A stretch of 64,000 nucleotides of DNA from Bacteroidales bacterium (GTDB taxonomy: Bacteria; Bacteroidota; Bacteroidia; Bacteroidales; FEN-979): NCBI GenBank assembly GCA_016783905.1, contig JADHVQ010000001.1, forward strand, positions 51,670 to 115,669, in the 5' to 3' direction. The notes under the pieces were generated by a model that saw only the letters and a list, made by a program, of their open reading frames with translations, was not told the DNA's origin and searched no databases. Position numbers and translations under genes: made by a program. This document shows, piece after piece, positions 27,483 to 36,967 of the stretch; positions within the stretch are counted from its first letter, which is position 1, and the number at the start of each line of letters is the position of its first letter.

Positions 27483-29182
27483 TACTGTTCCAGCCTCTGG
27501 ATTATTTTTGTTTCAACGAATGCCGGGCCATCCTGGTTCTGGATTTTCAGGATATAGATTCCCTGTTTCAGGAATGAAAGGGAGTTGAGGGTGATGAGGT
27601 TTTCACCAGCCGCACATCGGATATCATTCCGTGTAAAGAGTTGTTTGCCTGTCATATCCACAAGCTGAACCTGCATGGTTTGCGCAACCGGAATAATCAC
27701 TCTCAGGTGGATCGGTTCCTTTCCAATGGAAGGGTTGGGGTATATTACCAGTGAACCGTCTGAAATCCCGGGATCGGATCCGGTGAGCCGTTCATACGCC
27801 TGGAAGAGATTCGGAATGCCATATCCAAGATAGATATCGGGATTGGTAAACAGGGAGGCTGACTCTTCGATCGCCATCTTTACCGTTGCATTTGAATAGG
27901 CTGGGAAAGCCTGCCACAGACAGGCAGCCGAGCCGGCCATAACCGGAGATGAGAAGGAGGTTCCGCTGCCCCGTGTGATGGTTCCGTCAGAAGAGGAGAT
28001 GACAGTGAGTCGCCCCATAGCTGCCACATTGGGTTTTACGTAGGATCCATTCACCACTCCTTTGGAACTGAATGAGGCATATTGCCCCAGTGAATCTACT
28101 GCGGCAACAGCGAGTACATCTGTTCCGTCGGAAGGAGCACTCACACACTGCCAGTTCGGGTTATTCCCTTCATTCCCGGCACTGTTGACCACCAGGATTC
28201 CTTTGGTGAAGGCGATGTTCGCCCCCCGGGTTACCGGTGTTGTATTGCCTGTCATATCATCACAATGGTGGTTTTGCGTCGAGTCATTGAAGACGGTATA
28301 GCCCAGGGAGGAGTTGATGATAGCGGCACCCACACTGTCGGCAAACTCAGCTGCACTCACCCAATTGTATTCTTCCACCAGGTATTCCGAATCAGTATCT
28401 TCCGATCGCAGCAACCAATAATCGGCCTTGGGAGCGGTTCCAATCAGCTGACCCGGAACATATCCCCCCATGATAGAGAGCACGTGCATGCCATGGTTAT
28501 GCCCAATGAAGACGTTTCCTCCCGGGGTAACAAAGTCTCGGGTACCCAGGATCTGGTTGTTCGCCCATAGACTATCAAAAGGAGCTAGTTGGTCAACGAG
28601 ATTAAATCCTGCATCCAGCACAGCAATCACCATCCCCTGGCCCCGGAGTCCAAAGTCGTGCAGCAGGTCGGTACGAACCATGTGAACCTGGTCATAAGAG
28701 ATCCCATAATCAGTTGAATCAGATAGCTTCAAAGGAATACCCTGCAAGGAATTCAACGGGATAATCGAAGCTTGTTCAACTGCGAATTTATCGTGAGTAA
28801 AATCCGTTTCAGAATTCCTTAATCCATTTTTCACCACCTGTTTTACAAATGGGAGTTGTTCGATTTCAGCGATCTTGAACGTATCTGTGGTATAGATGGT
28901 AATCCCGTTAAACCATTTGGATCGTGTGATCACATCTACCCCGATCAAACTGACCTCCTCGACATAATCGGGAGTGACCGGCAGATCATTTAACTCAATT
29001 TCAATTCCTGAGATGGCCCGGCGATCCAATGCCCGTTGGGAGAGGAACTCCCAGGGACGGTCGATGGAGAAAGGGGAGTTGCTCTTATTGGTGAATTCTA
29101 CAAAGTATTTGTTGGGCGCTATTTGCGCTGTGACGGCCAGAAACAGCAAAAAGAATACAAGGGTAGCGGTTACTCTTCTCAT
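27482..29182 (-). CDS. subtilisin-like S8 serine peptidase with T9SS C-terminal sorting domain
   Basis: Triad motifs VIAVLDAGF (Asp), HGMHVLSIMGG (His) and GTSFSSPVMAG (Ser). Signal peptide. C-terminus VIYPNPS..GIYILKIQNQDG. Confidence 0.9.
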   Translation of the reverse strand: MRRVTATLVFFLLFLAVTAQIAPNKYFVEFTNKSNSPFSIDRPWEFLSQRALDRRAISGIEIELNDLPVTPDYVEEVSLIGVDVITRSKWFNGITIYTTDTFKIAEIEQLPFVKQVVKNGLRNSETDFTHDKFAVEQASIIPLNSLQGIPLKLSDSTDYGISYDQVHMVRTDLLHDFGLRGQGMVIAVLDAGFNLVDQLAPFDSLWANNQILGTRDFVTPGGNVFIGHNHGMHVLSIMGGYVPGQLIGTAPKADYWLLRSEDTDSEYLVEEYNWVSAAEFADSVGAAIINSSLGYTVFNDSTQNHHCDDMTGNTTPVTRGANIAFTKGILVVNSAGNEGNNPNWQCVSAPSDGTDVLAVAAVDSLGQYASFSSKGVVNGSYVKPNVAAMGRLTVISSSDGTITRGSGTSFSSPVMAGSAACLWQAFPAYSNATVKMAIEESASLFTNPDIYLGYGIPNLFQAYERLTGSDPGISDGSLVIYPNPSIGKEPIHLRVIIPVAQTMQVQLVDMTGKQLFTRNDIRCAAGENLITLNSLSFLKQGIYILKIQNQDGPAFVETKIIQRLEQ

Positions 29183-29191
29183 TTTTTCAGA

Positions 29192-29199
29192 TATATTTG
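29192..29199 (+). promoter_or_regulatory. candidate -7 box (TATATTTG)
   Basis: Exact TAnnTTTG in the 45-nt divergent gap, 29 nt before ATG 29228. Confidence 0.35.
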
Positions 29200-29227
29200 T
29201 GCGTGTAAAAATACTAAAAATCCGGGT

Positions 29228-30781
29228 ATGTTCACTGAAGAGGATCTGAAACAGATAGAAAGAAAAGCGATCGGACTTTCCGTCATTGACAGACAGATTG
29301 AGAATTTCAGGCGCGGATTTCCTTTCATTAACCTGGTCAGACCGGCCACTGCCGGAGATGGGATCTTTTCATCCTCTGATGATGAGCTCTCCTACTTTAT
29401 CAATTACTTCAACGATCATCTGAAGGAGCTCAGGGTCGTGAAATTTGTTCCGGCATCGGGAGCCGCTACCCGGATGTTCAAGCACCTCTTTGAGTTTCAG
29501 GAATCTTTTCATAACATACAGCGGGAGCGTGAGGCATTTCTGAAAGAGAAGGATTTCAACTCGGTATCCTACCTGGTATCACATCTGCCTGAAATTGCCT
29601 TTTATACCAGGCTGCAGGAGATCCTTTCCCGGTGCGGACTCGATACAACGAGCCTGGTGGATTCATGGCGGCTTGATCTCCTGGTCAGCTTTATCCTGGA
29701 GGAGAAGGGGTTGAATTATGCCAATCTGCCCAAAGGGTTGATCCTCTTTCATAACTACCCTGAAGGGGCGCGAACCGCTGCCGAAGAGCACCTGGTGGAG
29801 GCAGCCACCTATGCCAGGAACAGCGATGGAACAGCCCGGATCCATTTTACCATCTCTCCCGAGCACCACGAAAAGTTTCAGGCTCTTTTTAACCAGGTCA
29901 GCGAGATGTATGAATCCCGGTTCGAAGTCACTTACTCCATCGGTTTTTCAGAACAGCTTCCCTCCACGGATACCCTTGCCGTAGATGAAGAGAACAGGCC
30001 ATTCCGGAATCCCGATGGCTCCCTGTTGTTCCGGCCGGCCGGACACGGTGCCCTGTTGAAGAACCTGAATGCGTTAGATGCTGACATCATCTTTGTCAAA
30101 AATATCGACAACATTGTCCCCGACCGGCTCAAACCTGCCACCTACAGGTATAAAAAGCTGATCGGAGGTTATCTGCTCTACCTCCGTGACCATATCAACC
30201 TCTTTCTTGCCGGGGCCGACCATAAGGAGCTTTCCGAGAAGGAGATCACCAAGATGGTCAGGTTTATGGATAACCACTTGAGTATGAACCTCTCCGGCAA
30301 CTTTACCCGGCTCTCCCCGAAGGCAAAACAGAAGAAACTGATGGAACTCCTGAACCGGCCAATCCGGATTTGTGGAATGGTAAAAAATGAGGGAGAGCCG
30401 GGTGGAGGCCCATTCTGGGTAAAACGACGCGACGGAACAGTCTCTCTCCAGATCGTTGAATCATCCCAGATAGAGCTGAAGAATCCGGAACAACAAGCCA
30501 TTGTTGATAAAGCAACTCACTTCAACCCCGTTGACCTGGTTTGCTCTATCCGGAATTTCCGCGGAGAACGCTTCAACCTGGATGAGTTTGTGGATGAGGA
30601 AGCCGGATTCATCTCCCTGAAATCAAGCGGAGGCCGGATATTAAAAGCGCAAGAGCTGCCTGGACTGTGGAACGGAGCGATGGCAAACTGGATCACGATA
30701 TTTGTGGAGGTGCCAATTGTTACATTCAATCCTGTGAAGACAGTCAATGATCTGTTGCGGAAGGAACACCTGGAAGAGTAA
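29228..30781 (+). CDS. DUF4301-like protein (function unknown)
   Basis: 517 aa from MFTEEDLKQIERK... The longer tracked ORF (29036) overlaps the divergent protease start and was trimmed. Family assignment is from recollection of Bacteroidota DUF4301 N-termini, with no catalytic motif verified. Confidence 0.6.
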   Translation: MFTEEDLKQIERKAIGLSVIDRQIENFRRGFPFINLVRPATAGDGIFSSSDDELSYFINYFNDHLKELRVVKFVPASGAATRMFKHLFEFQESFHNIQREREAFLKEKDFNSVSYLVSHLPEIAFYTRLQEILSRCGLDTTSLVDSWRLDLLVSFILEEKGLNYANLPKGLILFHNYPEGARTAAEEHLVEAATYARNSDGTARIHFTISPEHHEKFQALFNQVSEMYESRFEVTYSIGFSEQLPSTDTLAVDEENRPFRNPDGSLLFRPAGHGALLKNLNALDADIIFVKNIDNIVPDRLKPATYRYKKLIGGYLLYLRDHINLFLAGADHKELSEKEITKMVRFMDNHLSMNLSGNFTRLSPKAKQKKLMELLNRPIRICGMVKNEGEPGGGPFWVKRRDGTVSLQIVESSQIELKNPEQQAIVDKATHFNPVDLVCSIRNFRGERFNLDEFVDEEAGFISLKSSGGRILKAQELPGLWNGAMANWITIFVEVPIVTFNPVKTVNDLLRKEHLEE

Positions 30782-30809
30782 TTACGAATTACGAATTACG
30801 AGAAACGAC
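30781..30809. repeat. heptamer array ATTACGA x3 + GAAACGA
   Basis: attacga attacga attacga gaaacga, starting at the last base of the stop codon. Confidence 0.8.
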
Positions 30810-30837
30810 TTAAAGGCTTTAGAGGAAACAGACAAGT

Positions 30838-31590
30838 ATGAGAGAAAGGGCGGTAAAACATTTTGGGGTTGTCAGTAAGCGGAACCGGTGGGGGCTGACG
30901 GTCTGGGGGTGGTTATCAATCCTCCTGATCATCGTTCTTGCGGTTTTCCTGTTCTTAGCCCAGGCTTATAGCTTTCTGGCCCCAATTCACCGGGAAAAGA
31001 CGGATATACTGGTGCTGGAGGGAGCAGTTCCCGATTATGTTCTCGAATCAGCAGTCAAAGAGTTTGAAGAGAATCAATACAGACTCCTGATTACTACAGG
31101 CACACCGCTTGAATGGGGCCATCTGCTCATTGAATTTGGGAATACAGCTTCTTTGGCGGCTAACTCATTAATAAAGATGGGATTTGATTCAACTGTACTT
31201 GTGACTGTAGCAACTGATGAGATCAGGAATGATCGTACCTTTAACTCTGCTCTTGAATTAGCAAGTTACCTGCGGCAATATCATCCTGAAGTGAAAGCAA
31301 TAAACCTGATGAGCTATGGCCCTCATAGCCGGAGAAGCCAGATGCTGTTTCAAGCTGCACTTGGAAAGGAGATCAAGGTTGGAATTATTGCCATCAAAAG
31401 CTATTATTACGGTCCCAACGATTGGTGGAGATCCGGCAAAGGCTTCAGAGAAGTTATGAATGAAGTACTGGGCTATATTTTTGTGAAGTTCTTTTTCGTT
31501 CCCTATCAATTACCCCCCGGGCCCCCTAAAGGGGGAGTAAGTCCCGCACGTGCGGGATTTAGGGGTAAAAATGACTTTTTGACTCAATGA
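30838..31590 (+). CDS. DUF218 / YdcF-ElyC family membrane-anchored protein with repeat-encoded C-terminal tail
   Basis: N-terminal TM helix, ILVLEGAVPDY, YGPHSRRSQMLF. The last ~25 aa (PPGPPKGGVSPARAGFRGKNDFLTQ) are encoded by the GC-hairpin element. Confidence 0.65.
   Translation: MRERAVKHFGVVSKRNRWGLTVWGWLSILLIIVLAVFLFLAQAYSFLAPIHREKTDILVLEGAVPDYVLESAVKEFEENQYRLLITTGTPLEWGHLLIEFGNTASLAANSLIKMGFDSTVLVTVATDEIRNDRTFNSALELASYLRQYHPEVKAINLMSYGPHSRRSQMLFQAALGKEIKVGIIAIKSYYYGPNDWWRSGKGFREVMNEVLGYIFVKFFFVPYQLPPGPPKGGVSPARAGFRGKNDFLTQ
31513..31565. repeat. GC-rich nested hairpin element (family member)
   Basis: ccccctaaaggggg and tcccgcacgtgcggga hairpins, flanked by cccccc...tttagggg. Confidence 0.8.
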
Positions 31591-31622
31591 CAATATGACC
31601 ATATGACCGTATGACGTATGAC
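31570..31622. repeat. octamer array NNNATGAC x6-7 containing the next gene's start codon
   Basis: tttttgac tcaatgac aatatgac catatgac cgtatgac gtatgac. The last ATG (31618) is the start of the TlpA-like gene. Confidence 0.8.
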
Positions 31623-33072
31623 TAAAACTCTTACCATCATAGCACTTCTTCTACTCGCTCTTCCCTTTTCCATGTTTGCCGGTCCGGATGGGTATACGGT
31701 GAAGTTCCGGATCCACGGTCTGAAGGATACGATCTGCCTGGTGGCCAACTACTACGGGAGTGGCACCTACGTTACTGATACGCTCGAAGTGGACGGGCAG
31801 GGCAGATGCATCTTCACCGCTCCGTCCGATCAACCCAGGGGAGTCTATATCCTGGTGATCTCAGATAACAACTATTTTGACTTTATAGTGAACAACGACC
31901 AGAAATTCACCATGGAGACCGATAAGGATGACCCTGTCAGACAGATGAAAGTCTCCGGCTCTCTCGATAACGAAGAGTTTTACGCCTACATGCAATTCAA
32001 CCAGGAGAAGTTCAAAGCCATCCAGGCACTTCAGGCGCAGCTGAAGTCCTATGAATCCAATGAGGATTCGCTCCAGGCGATCAACCAGAGGATCATCACC
32101 ATAAACGACGAGATCATCGACTACAAACTCAACATTGTGAAAGAACGGCCATTCTCCTTCCTGGCCATGCTGATCAATGCCATGAAAGAGCCGGTGATCA
32201 AAGAGATTCCCATACTGCCCAATGGGCGGAAGGATTCAACCTATAGGTACCGCTACTTCAAAGGACACTACTGGGATGACATGGATCTGGCTGACAACAG
32301 GCTGATCCGAACCCCGGTATTCCATAATAAACTGAAGAAATATTTTGACCAGCTGGTGGTGCAGCATCCCGATTCGATTTTCAAGGAGGCAGTGATCCTG
32401 ATCGAGAAGGCTCGTCCTGATCCCGAGATGTTTAAATACCTCGTGTGGTTTATCACCTATCACTACGAAAACTCGGAGATCATGGGCTTCGACAAAGTTT
32501 TTGTCGACATCGTGGATCAATACTATGTGACCGGAGAGGCTGCCTGGGTCTCCGGACCGGTACTTGAGAAGATCCTCAAAAAAGCGAGTCGGATCCGACC
32601 GTTACTGCTTGGCAAACAGGCACCCAACATGATCATGATGGATACCAGCAATCAGCTCGTTTCCCTTTACAGCATCAATGACTTCGTTACAATACTGCTC
32701 TTCTGGGATCCGGATTGCGGGCATTGTGAAAAGGAGGTCCCGCAATTGAAGGAATTTTATGAGAATTACAAAGAGAAGTATGATCTGGAGATCTTTTCTG
32801 TTTGCTCCGATACTTCGATGGCGAAGATGAAGGAATACATCCAGAAAAAGAAGATGACGTGGATCAATGTCAACGGGCCCCGGACGCTGACGGGTGACTA
32901 TCATGAGCTTTATGATATCCAAACCACCCCGGTGATCTACATCCTCGACAGGGACAAGAGGATCCTGGCAAAACGGCTACAGGCCGATCAGGTGGAGAAA
33001 TTCATCACCAACTATGTGAAGCGGGAGATCGGGTTGGACGGGTTTGACAAGTTGGATAGGTTGGACAAGTGA
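31618..33072 (+). CDS. TlpA-like thioredoxin-fold thiol:disulfide oxidoreductase with N-terminal extra domain
   Basis: 484 aa. Signal peptide. C-terminal thioredoxin motif FWDPDCGHCEKEVPQL. The last residues GLDGFDKLDRLDK are repeat-encoded. Confidence 0.8.
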   Translation: MTKTLTIIALLLLALPFSMFAGPDGYTVKFRIHGLKDTICLVANYYGSGTYVTDTLEVDGQGRCIFTAPSDQPRGVYILVISDNNYFDFIVNNDQKFTMETDKDDPVRQMKVSGSLDNEEFYAYMQFNQEKFKAIQALQAQLKSYESNEDSLQAINQRIITINDEIIDYKLNIVKERPFSFLAMLINAMKEPVIKEIPILPNGRKDSTYRYRYFKGHYWDDMDLADNRLIRTPVFHNKLKKYFDQLVVQHPDSIFKEAVILIEKARPDPEMFKYLVWFITYHYENSEIMGFDKVFVDIVDQYYVTGEAAWVSGPVLEKILKKASRIRPLLLGKQAPNMIMMDTSNQLVSLYSINDFVTILLFWDPDCGHCEKEVPQLKEFYENYKEKYDLEIFSVCSDTSMAKMKEYIQKKKMTWINVNGPRTLTGDYHELYDIQTTPVIYILDRDKRILAKRLQADQVEKFITNYVKREIGLDGFDKLDRLDK

Positions 33073-33151
33073 GACAGGCGGCAGTTGGCAGTGGGCAAAA
33101 AACTCACCAGTTCACCAGCTCACCAGCTCACCAGTTCACCAGCTCGCCAGC
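33031..33151. repeat. composite short-period array: 9-mers (GGTTGGAC-type x5), heptamers (NNGGCAG x3), octamers (CACCAGYT x6)
   Basis: gggttggac gggtttgac aagttggat aggttggac aagtgagac / gcggcag ttggcag tgggca / caccagtt caccagct caccagct caccagtt caccagct cgccagct. Fills the gap between two convergent genes. Confidence 0.85.
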
Positions 33152-33498
33152 TATTTTGCGGATTCTTCCAGCACAGCTTTAAAGGCTTCAGGGTGGTTCA
33201 TGGCCAGGTCGGCCAGGGTTTTCCTGTTGATGGCAATGTTTTTCTCGGCCAGATTCCCAATCAGTACGGAATAGGACATTCCATACCCGCGGGCGCCTGC
33301 ATTGATTCTGGTGATCCAGAGGCTGCGGAAGTTCCGCTTTTTCGTCCTGCGATCACGGTAAGCATATGAGAGGCCCTTCTCCACTGCATTTTTGGCCACG
33401 GAATGGACATTTTTTCTCCTTCCGAACTGTCCTTTGGCCTGTTTCAGGACCTTTTTTCTTCTCGCTTTTGAAGCGACTGTATTTACTGATCTTGGCAT
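33151..33498 (-). CDS. rplT: 50S ribosomal protein L20
   Basis: 115 aa. [41 protein letters not shown]. Confidence 0.95.
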   Translation of the reverse strand: MPRSVNTVASKARRKKVLKQAKGQFGRRKNVHSVAKNAVEKGLSYAYRDRRTKKRNFRSLWITRINAGARGYGMSYSVLIGNLAEKNIAINRKTLADLAMNHPEAFKAVLEESAK

Positions 33499-33515
33499 GT
33501 GAATTGATTTTTGTC

Positions 33516-33710
33516 TTAGCTTTGAAGCATCTTGCGTACGTTGGCTGCATCTGCTTTGTCAACCGTGGTGGAGTAGGTCAGATTCCTCTTCCGCTTGGTC
33601 GACTTCTTTGTCAGGATATGGCTTTTGTACGCATGCTTCCGCTTGATCTTTCCAGTGCCCGTCAGGGTAAATCTTTTCTTGGCACCGGATTTTGATTTCA
33701 TTTTTGGCAT
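33516..33710 (-). CDS. rpmI: 50S ribosomal protein L35
   Basis: 64 aa. [36 protein letters not shown]. Confidence 0.95.
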   Translation of the reverse strand: MPKMKSKSGAKKRFTLTGTGKIKRKHAYKSHILTKKSTKRKRNLTYSTTVDKADAANVRKMLQS

Positions 33711-33735
33711 TTGTATACGATATTTGATTTGTTTG

Positions 33736-33786
33736 CGACCCCTCCCCTGCCCCTCCCCTGAAGGGGAGGGATTAAGGGTGGGGTCA
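33736..33786. repeat. GC-rich hairpin / G-quadruplex-motif element filling the infC-rpmI spacer
   Basis: cccctcccctgcccctcccc tgaa ggggaggg attaa gggtggggtca. 8-bp GC hairpin plus outer gacccc/ggggtc pairing. Four C4 tracts (G4 tracts on the mRNA strand). The infC stop codon lies inside the right end. Confidence 0.8.
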
Positions 33787-34344
33787 TTTCTTTGGGGCGA
33801 TGATCATGATCATCCGTTTGCCTTCGAGGCGGGGCATCTGTTCGATTTTACCGTAGTCCACTGCACCCTGGGCAAATTTCAGAAGCATGAGCTCTCCCTG
33901 GTCTTTATAGATGATGGATCGTCCTTTAAAAAAGACATCCACTTTTACTTTTGCACCATCTTTCAAGAACTTGATCGCGTGGTTCAGCTTGAAGTTGAAA
34001 TCGTGATCATCTGTGTTGGGTCCCAATCTGATCTCCTTCACCACTACCTTGGCCGTCTTGGCCTTCATCTCCTTCTGTTTTTTCTTCAGTTCATAAAGGA
34101 ACTTCTTGTAATCTATCACTTTACAGACAGGCGGATTGGCAGTCGGAGAGATCTCTACCAGGTCTAATCCCTGGCTTTCTGCTATGGCCAGAGCTTCTCT
34201 CAGCGTATAGATATCCGCTCTGACATTGTCGCCTACCACACGAACAACAGGCGATTTTATTCTCTCATTGATAAAGTGAAGATCTTCTTTTTTCTGCGGC
34301 CTGCTATAGCGCCGCCTGGCTCCATGATATGGCTTTTTTGCTAT
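33784..34344 (-). CDS. infC: translation initiation factor IF-3, probable non-canonical ATA start
   Basis: The conserved N-terminal region ([19 protein letters not shown]) lies upstream of the tracked GTG start. The frame is closed by TAA two codons above ATA 34344, and AGGAGG lies 8 nt upstream of that ATA. Confidence 0.85.
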   Translation of the reverse strand: MAKKPYHGARRRYSRPQKKEDLHFINERIKSPVVRVVGDNVRADIYTLREALAIAESQGLDLVEISPTANPPVCKVIDYKKFLYELKKKQKEMKAKTAKVVVKEIRLGPNTDDHDFNFKLNHAIKFLKDGAKVKVDVFFKGRSIIYKDQGELMLLKFAQGAVDYGKIEQMPRLEGKRMIMIIAPKK

Positions 34345-34362
34345 TGTTTAAACCTCCTATAT

Positions 34363-34394
34363 TTTGATTTACGATTGATACGATTTACGATTTA
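34363..34394. repeat. heptamer array (CGATTTA-type) between thrS and infC
   Basis: ttgattta cgattgata cgattta cgatttag. The same unit family occurs inside the queE insert (58310-58358). Confidence 0.8.
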
Positions 34395-36332
34395 GAGTCC
34401 TCCGAGTTCTTCTTCCATTTCGTTTTTTACGCGGTTGATGAAGGTTTCTACTTTTTCAGGTCCCAGGTCGCCCTGGCCATGTTTCCTTACAGAGACGGTG
34501 CTCCCGGTCGCTTCTCTCTCTCCAACCACCAGCATGTAAGGGATTTTCATTAACTCTGCATCGCGTATCTTCTTCCCGGTCTTTTCATTCCGTTCGTCAA
34601 CGAGGGCGCGAATTTCGGAATTATTCAGCAAATTTAAAACTTTTTTTGCATAGTCGTGATATTTTTCACTGATAGGCAGCACGATAGCCTGATCGGGAGC
34701 CAGCCACAAAGGGAAGTTTCCTCCGGTATGTTCGAGCAGCACGGCCACGAACCGTTCCATCGATCCAAAGGGGGCCCGGTGGATCATGACAGGCCTGTGC
34801 TTCTGATTATCCGCACCAATGTACTCCATCTCGAAACGATCCGGCAGGTTGTAATCAACCTGGATGGTCCCAAGCTGCCACTTCCGGCCAATGGCATCCT
34901 TCACCATGAAATCCATCTTCGGGCCATAAAAAGCGGCTTCACCGGGAACGATCTCAATATCCAGTCCACTCTCCTCTCCTACCTCCAGGATTGCCTGCTC
35001 CGCTTTGTCCCAGTTTTCATCGGATCCGATATATTTATCCTTGTTCTCTTTATCGCGCAATGAGATCTGGACAATGAAATCCTTGAAGCTCAATGCCTTA
35101 AAGATCAGCATCACGATATCAATTACCCCTTTGAACTCCTCTTTCACCTGGTCGGGCGTACAGAATATATGGGCATCATCCTGGGTGAATCCCCGCACAC
35201 GGGTTAATCCATGCAGCTCTCCGCTTTGCTCATACCGATATACAGTACCAAATTCAGCCATTCGGATCGGCAGATCCTTGTAGGAGTGGGGCTGGGAGTT
35301 GTAGATTTCGCAGTGGTGCGGACAGTTCATCGGTTTCAGGAAAAACTCTTCGCCCGGAATGGGCGTGGTGATCGGCCTGAATGAGCTCTCTCTATACTTG
35401 TGATAGTGGCCGGATTTTTTGTATAACTCTACATCGCCGATATGGGGACAGATCACCTGCACGTATCCCGTTTTTTTCTGGGTCCGTTTTAAAAAGCCCT
35501 CCAGCAGTTCCCTGAGCTGAGCTCCCCGGGGCAGCCATAACGGGAGTCCCTGCCCTACCCGTTGGGAAAAGGTGAATAATTCCAGCTCTTTCCCCAGTTT
35601 CCGGTGGTCGCGTTTCTTTGCCTCCTCCAGCATCACCAGGTACTCATCCAACTCTTTCTGTTTCGGGAAGGTGATGCCGTAGATGCGGGTCAGCTGCTTG
35701 CGTGTCTCATCGCCCCGCCAGTAAGCTCCGGCAGTAGCGAGAAGTTTTACCGCTTTGATCACACTGGTATCCGGCAGATGTGGACCCCGGCAAAGGTCGG
35801 TAAAGTGTCCCGATTCGTAGAAAGTGATCTCGCCATCGTCCAGTTCGTTGATCAGCTCTACCTTGTACTCATCTCCCTTTTTGGAGAAATAATCGAGCGC
35901 TTCGCTTTTGGTTTTTTCCTTCCGGATAAATTGCTGTTTCTCACGCGCCAACTCCTGGATTTTCTTTTCAATTTTCGGAAAATCGTCGGATGAGATCGGA
36001 TGGTCTTCGAAATCGATGTCATAGTAAAATCCATTCTCAATATCCGGGCCAATCCCGAACTTGACACCTGGATAAAGCAATTCGATGGCTTCAGCCATCA
36101 GGTGAGCGGAAGAGTGCCACATTGTGGCTTTCCCTTCGGGGTCGTTCCAGGTTAGCAGTTTAATCGAAGTATCTTTCGTAATCGGGCGGGTAGCATCCCA
36201 TACTTCCCCATCTACCATGATGGATAAAACGTTCCGCGCCAGTCCTTCACTGATGCTTTTAGCTATTTCAAGCCCTGTAATCCCTTCCCGGTATTGTCTG
36301 ACAGAATTGTCTGGTAAAGTGATCTTTATCAT
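34392..36332 (-). CDS. thrS: threonine--tRNA ligase
   Basis: 646 aa. TGS-domain start [14 protein letters not shown], class II motifs (FRCGPHLP-like [27 protein letters not shown]). Upstream of infC as in the conserved operon. Confidence 0.95.
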   Translation of the reverse strand: MIKITLPDNSVRQYREGITGLEIAKSISEGLARNVLSIMVDGEVWDATRPITKDTSIKLLTWNDPEGKATMWHSSAHLMAEAIELLYPGVKFGIGPDIENGFYYDIDFEDHPISSDDFPKIEKKIQELAREKQQFIRKEKTKSEALDYFSKKGDEYKVELINELDDGEITFYESGHFTDLCRGPHLPDTSVIKAVKLLATAGAYWRGDETRKQLTRIYGITFPKQKELDEYLVMLEEAKKRDHRKLGKELELFTFSQRVGQGLPLWLPRGAQLRELLEGFLKRTQKKTGYVQVICPHIGDVELYKKSGHYHKYRESSFRPITTPIPGEEFFLKPMNCPHHCEIYNSQPHSYKDLPIRMAEFGTVYRYEQSGELHGLTRVRGFTQDDAHIFCTPDQVKEEFKGVIDIVMLIFKALSFKDFIVQISLRDKENKDKYIGSDENWDKAEQAILEVGEESGLDIEIVPGEAAFYGPKMDFMVKDAIGRKWQLGTIQVDYNLPDRFEMEYIGADNQKHRPVMIHRAPFGSMERFVAVLLEHTGGNFPLWLAPDQAIVLPISEKYHDYAKKVLNLLNNSEIRALVDERNEKTGKKIRDAELMKIPYMLVVGEREATGSTVSVRKHGQGDLGPEKVETFINRVKNEMEEELGGL

Positions 36333-36359
36333 CGCTTAGTACGAGTCGATTTTGGCCGG

Positions 36360-36367
36360 CAAAGGTA
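36360..36367 (-). promoter_or_regulatory. candidate -7 box (TACCTTTG) for thrS operon
   Basis: Minus-strand TACCTTTG, 28 nt upstream of ATG 36332. Confidence 0.3.
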
Positions 36368-36429
36368 GGAAGAATCCCCGGTTTCACAAAACTTTTCTAC
36401 CTTTACAACCTATTCCAGAAATCTTTCAA

Positions 36430-36957
36430 ATGAAAAATCTATCTCTTGAACTTATTGTATTGTTTCTATCAGCAATCCTATTATTCCTATTCATGGTTTT
36501 TACACAAGCTTCTGATTCAGTCGCCTGTACAAGAGTTGTCTACCAGGGGCCAAACGGGACGATAATCACAGCGAGATCCATGGATTGGAAAGATGATATC
36601 CTGAGTAATATGTGGCTGTTCCCGAGGGGAATGGAGCGCAGCGGTGAAGCTGGCCCGAATTCCCTGAAATGGAAATCCAAATACGGAAGTGTGATCCTAT
36701 CCGGCTATGGTATCTCCACTCCCGGCCAACCAAATATTTCAAGTACGAGATGGAGAACCGTAGCCGACCAGAAAAACAAAACCTACTATTTTGAAAGTGC
36801 ATTGGCACCCAATGTATTCTGGGTTGACCTGAATGACTTGGATTTTTCAGAAAATGCTCCCACGAAGAAATTGTCCATTGCCCATGGGGAAGTTTATGCC
36901 GGCAATGTTGACAAAGACTTCCAGGATGCTCAACCATTTACATTTCAAGGGCTTTAA
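36430..36957 (+). pseudogene. choloylglycine-hydrolase (linear amide C-N hydrolase, Ntn) family gene with large in-frame internal deletion
   Basis: Signal peptide then the nucleophile Cys (SDSVACTRVVYQGPNG..SMDWKD), joined near nt 36727 directly to the extreme C-terminal family block (RWRTVADQKNKTYYFESALAPNVFWVDLNDLDFS). 175 aa, versus the ~330-350 aa I expect for the family. Confidence 0.6.
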
Positions 36958-36967
36958 AACAACCCTC

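Noticed and set aside
29036-29227. Longer upstream extensions of tracked ORFs: 29036 for DUF4301, 41991 for nfnB, 56091 for the T9SS cargo, 59835 for folD, 36352 for the hydrolase remnant, 4971 for GT2 and 61640 for the cargo.
   Set aside because: The extensions overlap neighbouring genes or repeats and lack homology-like sequence. Internal starts give family-typical N-termini or signal peptides.
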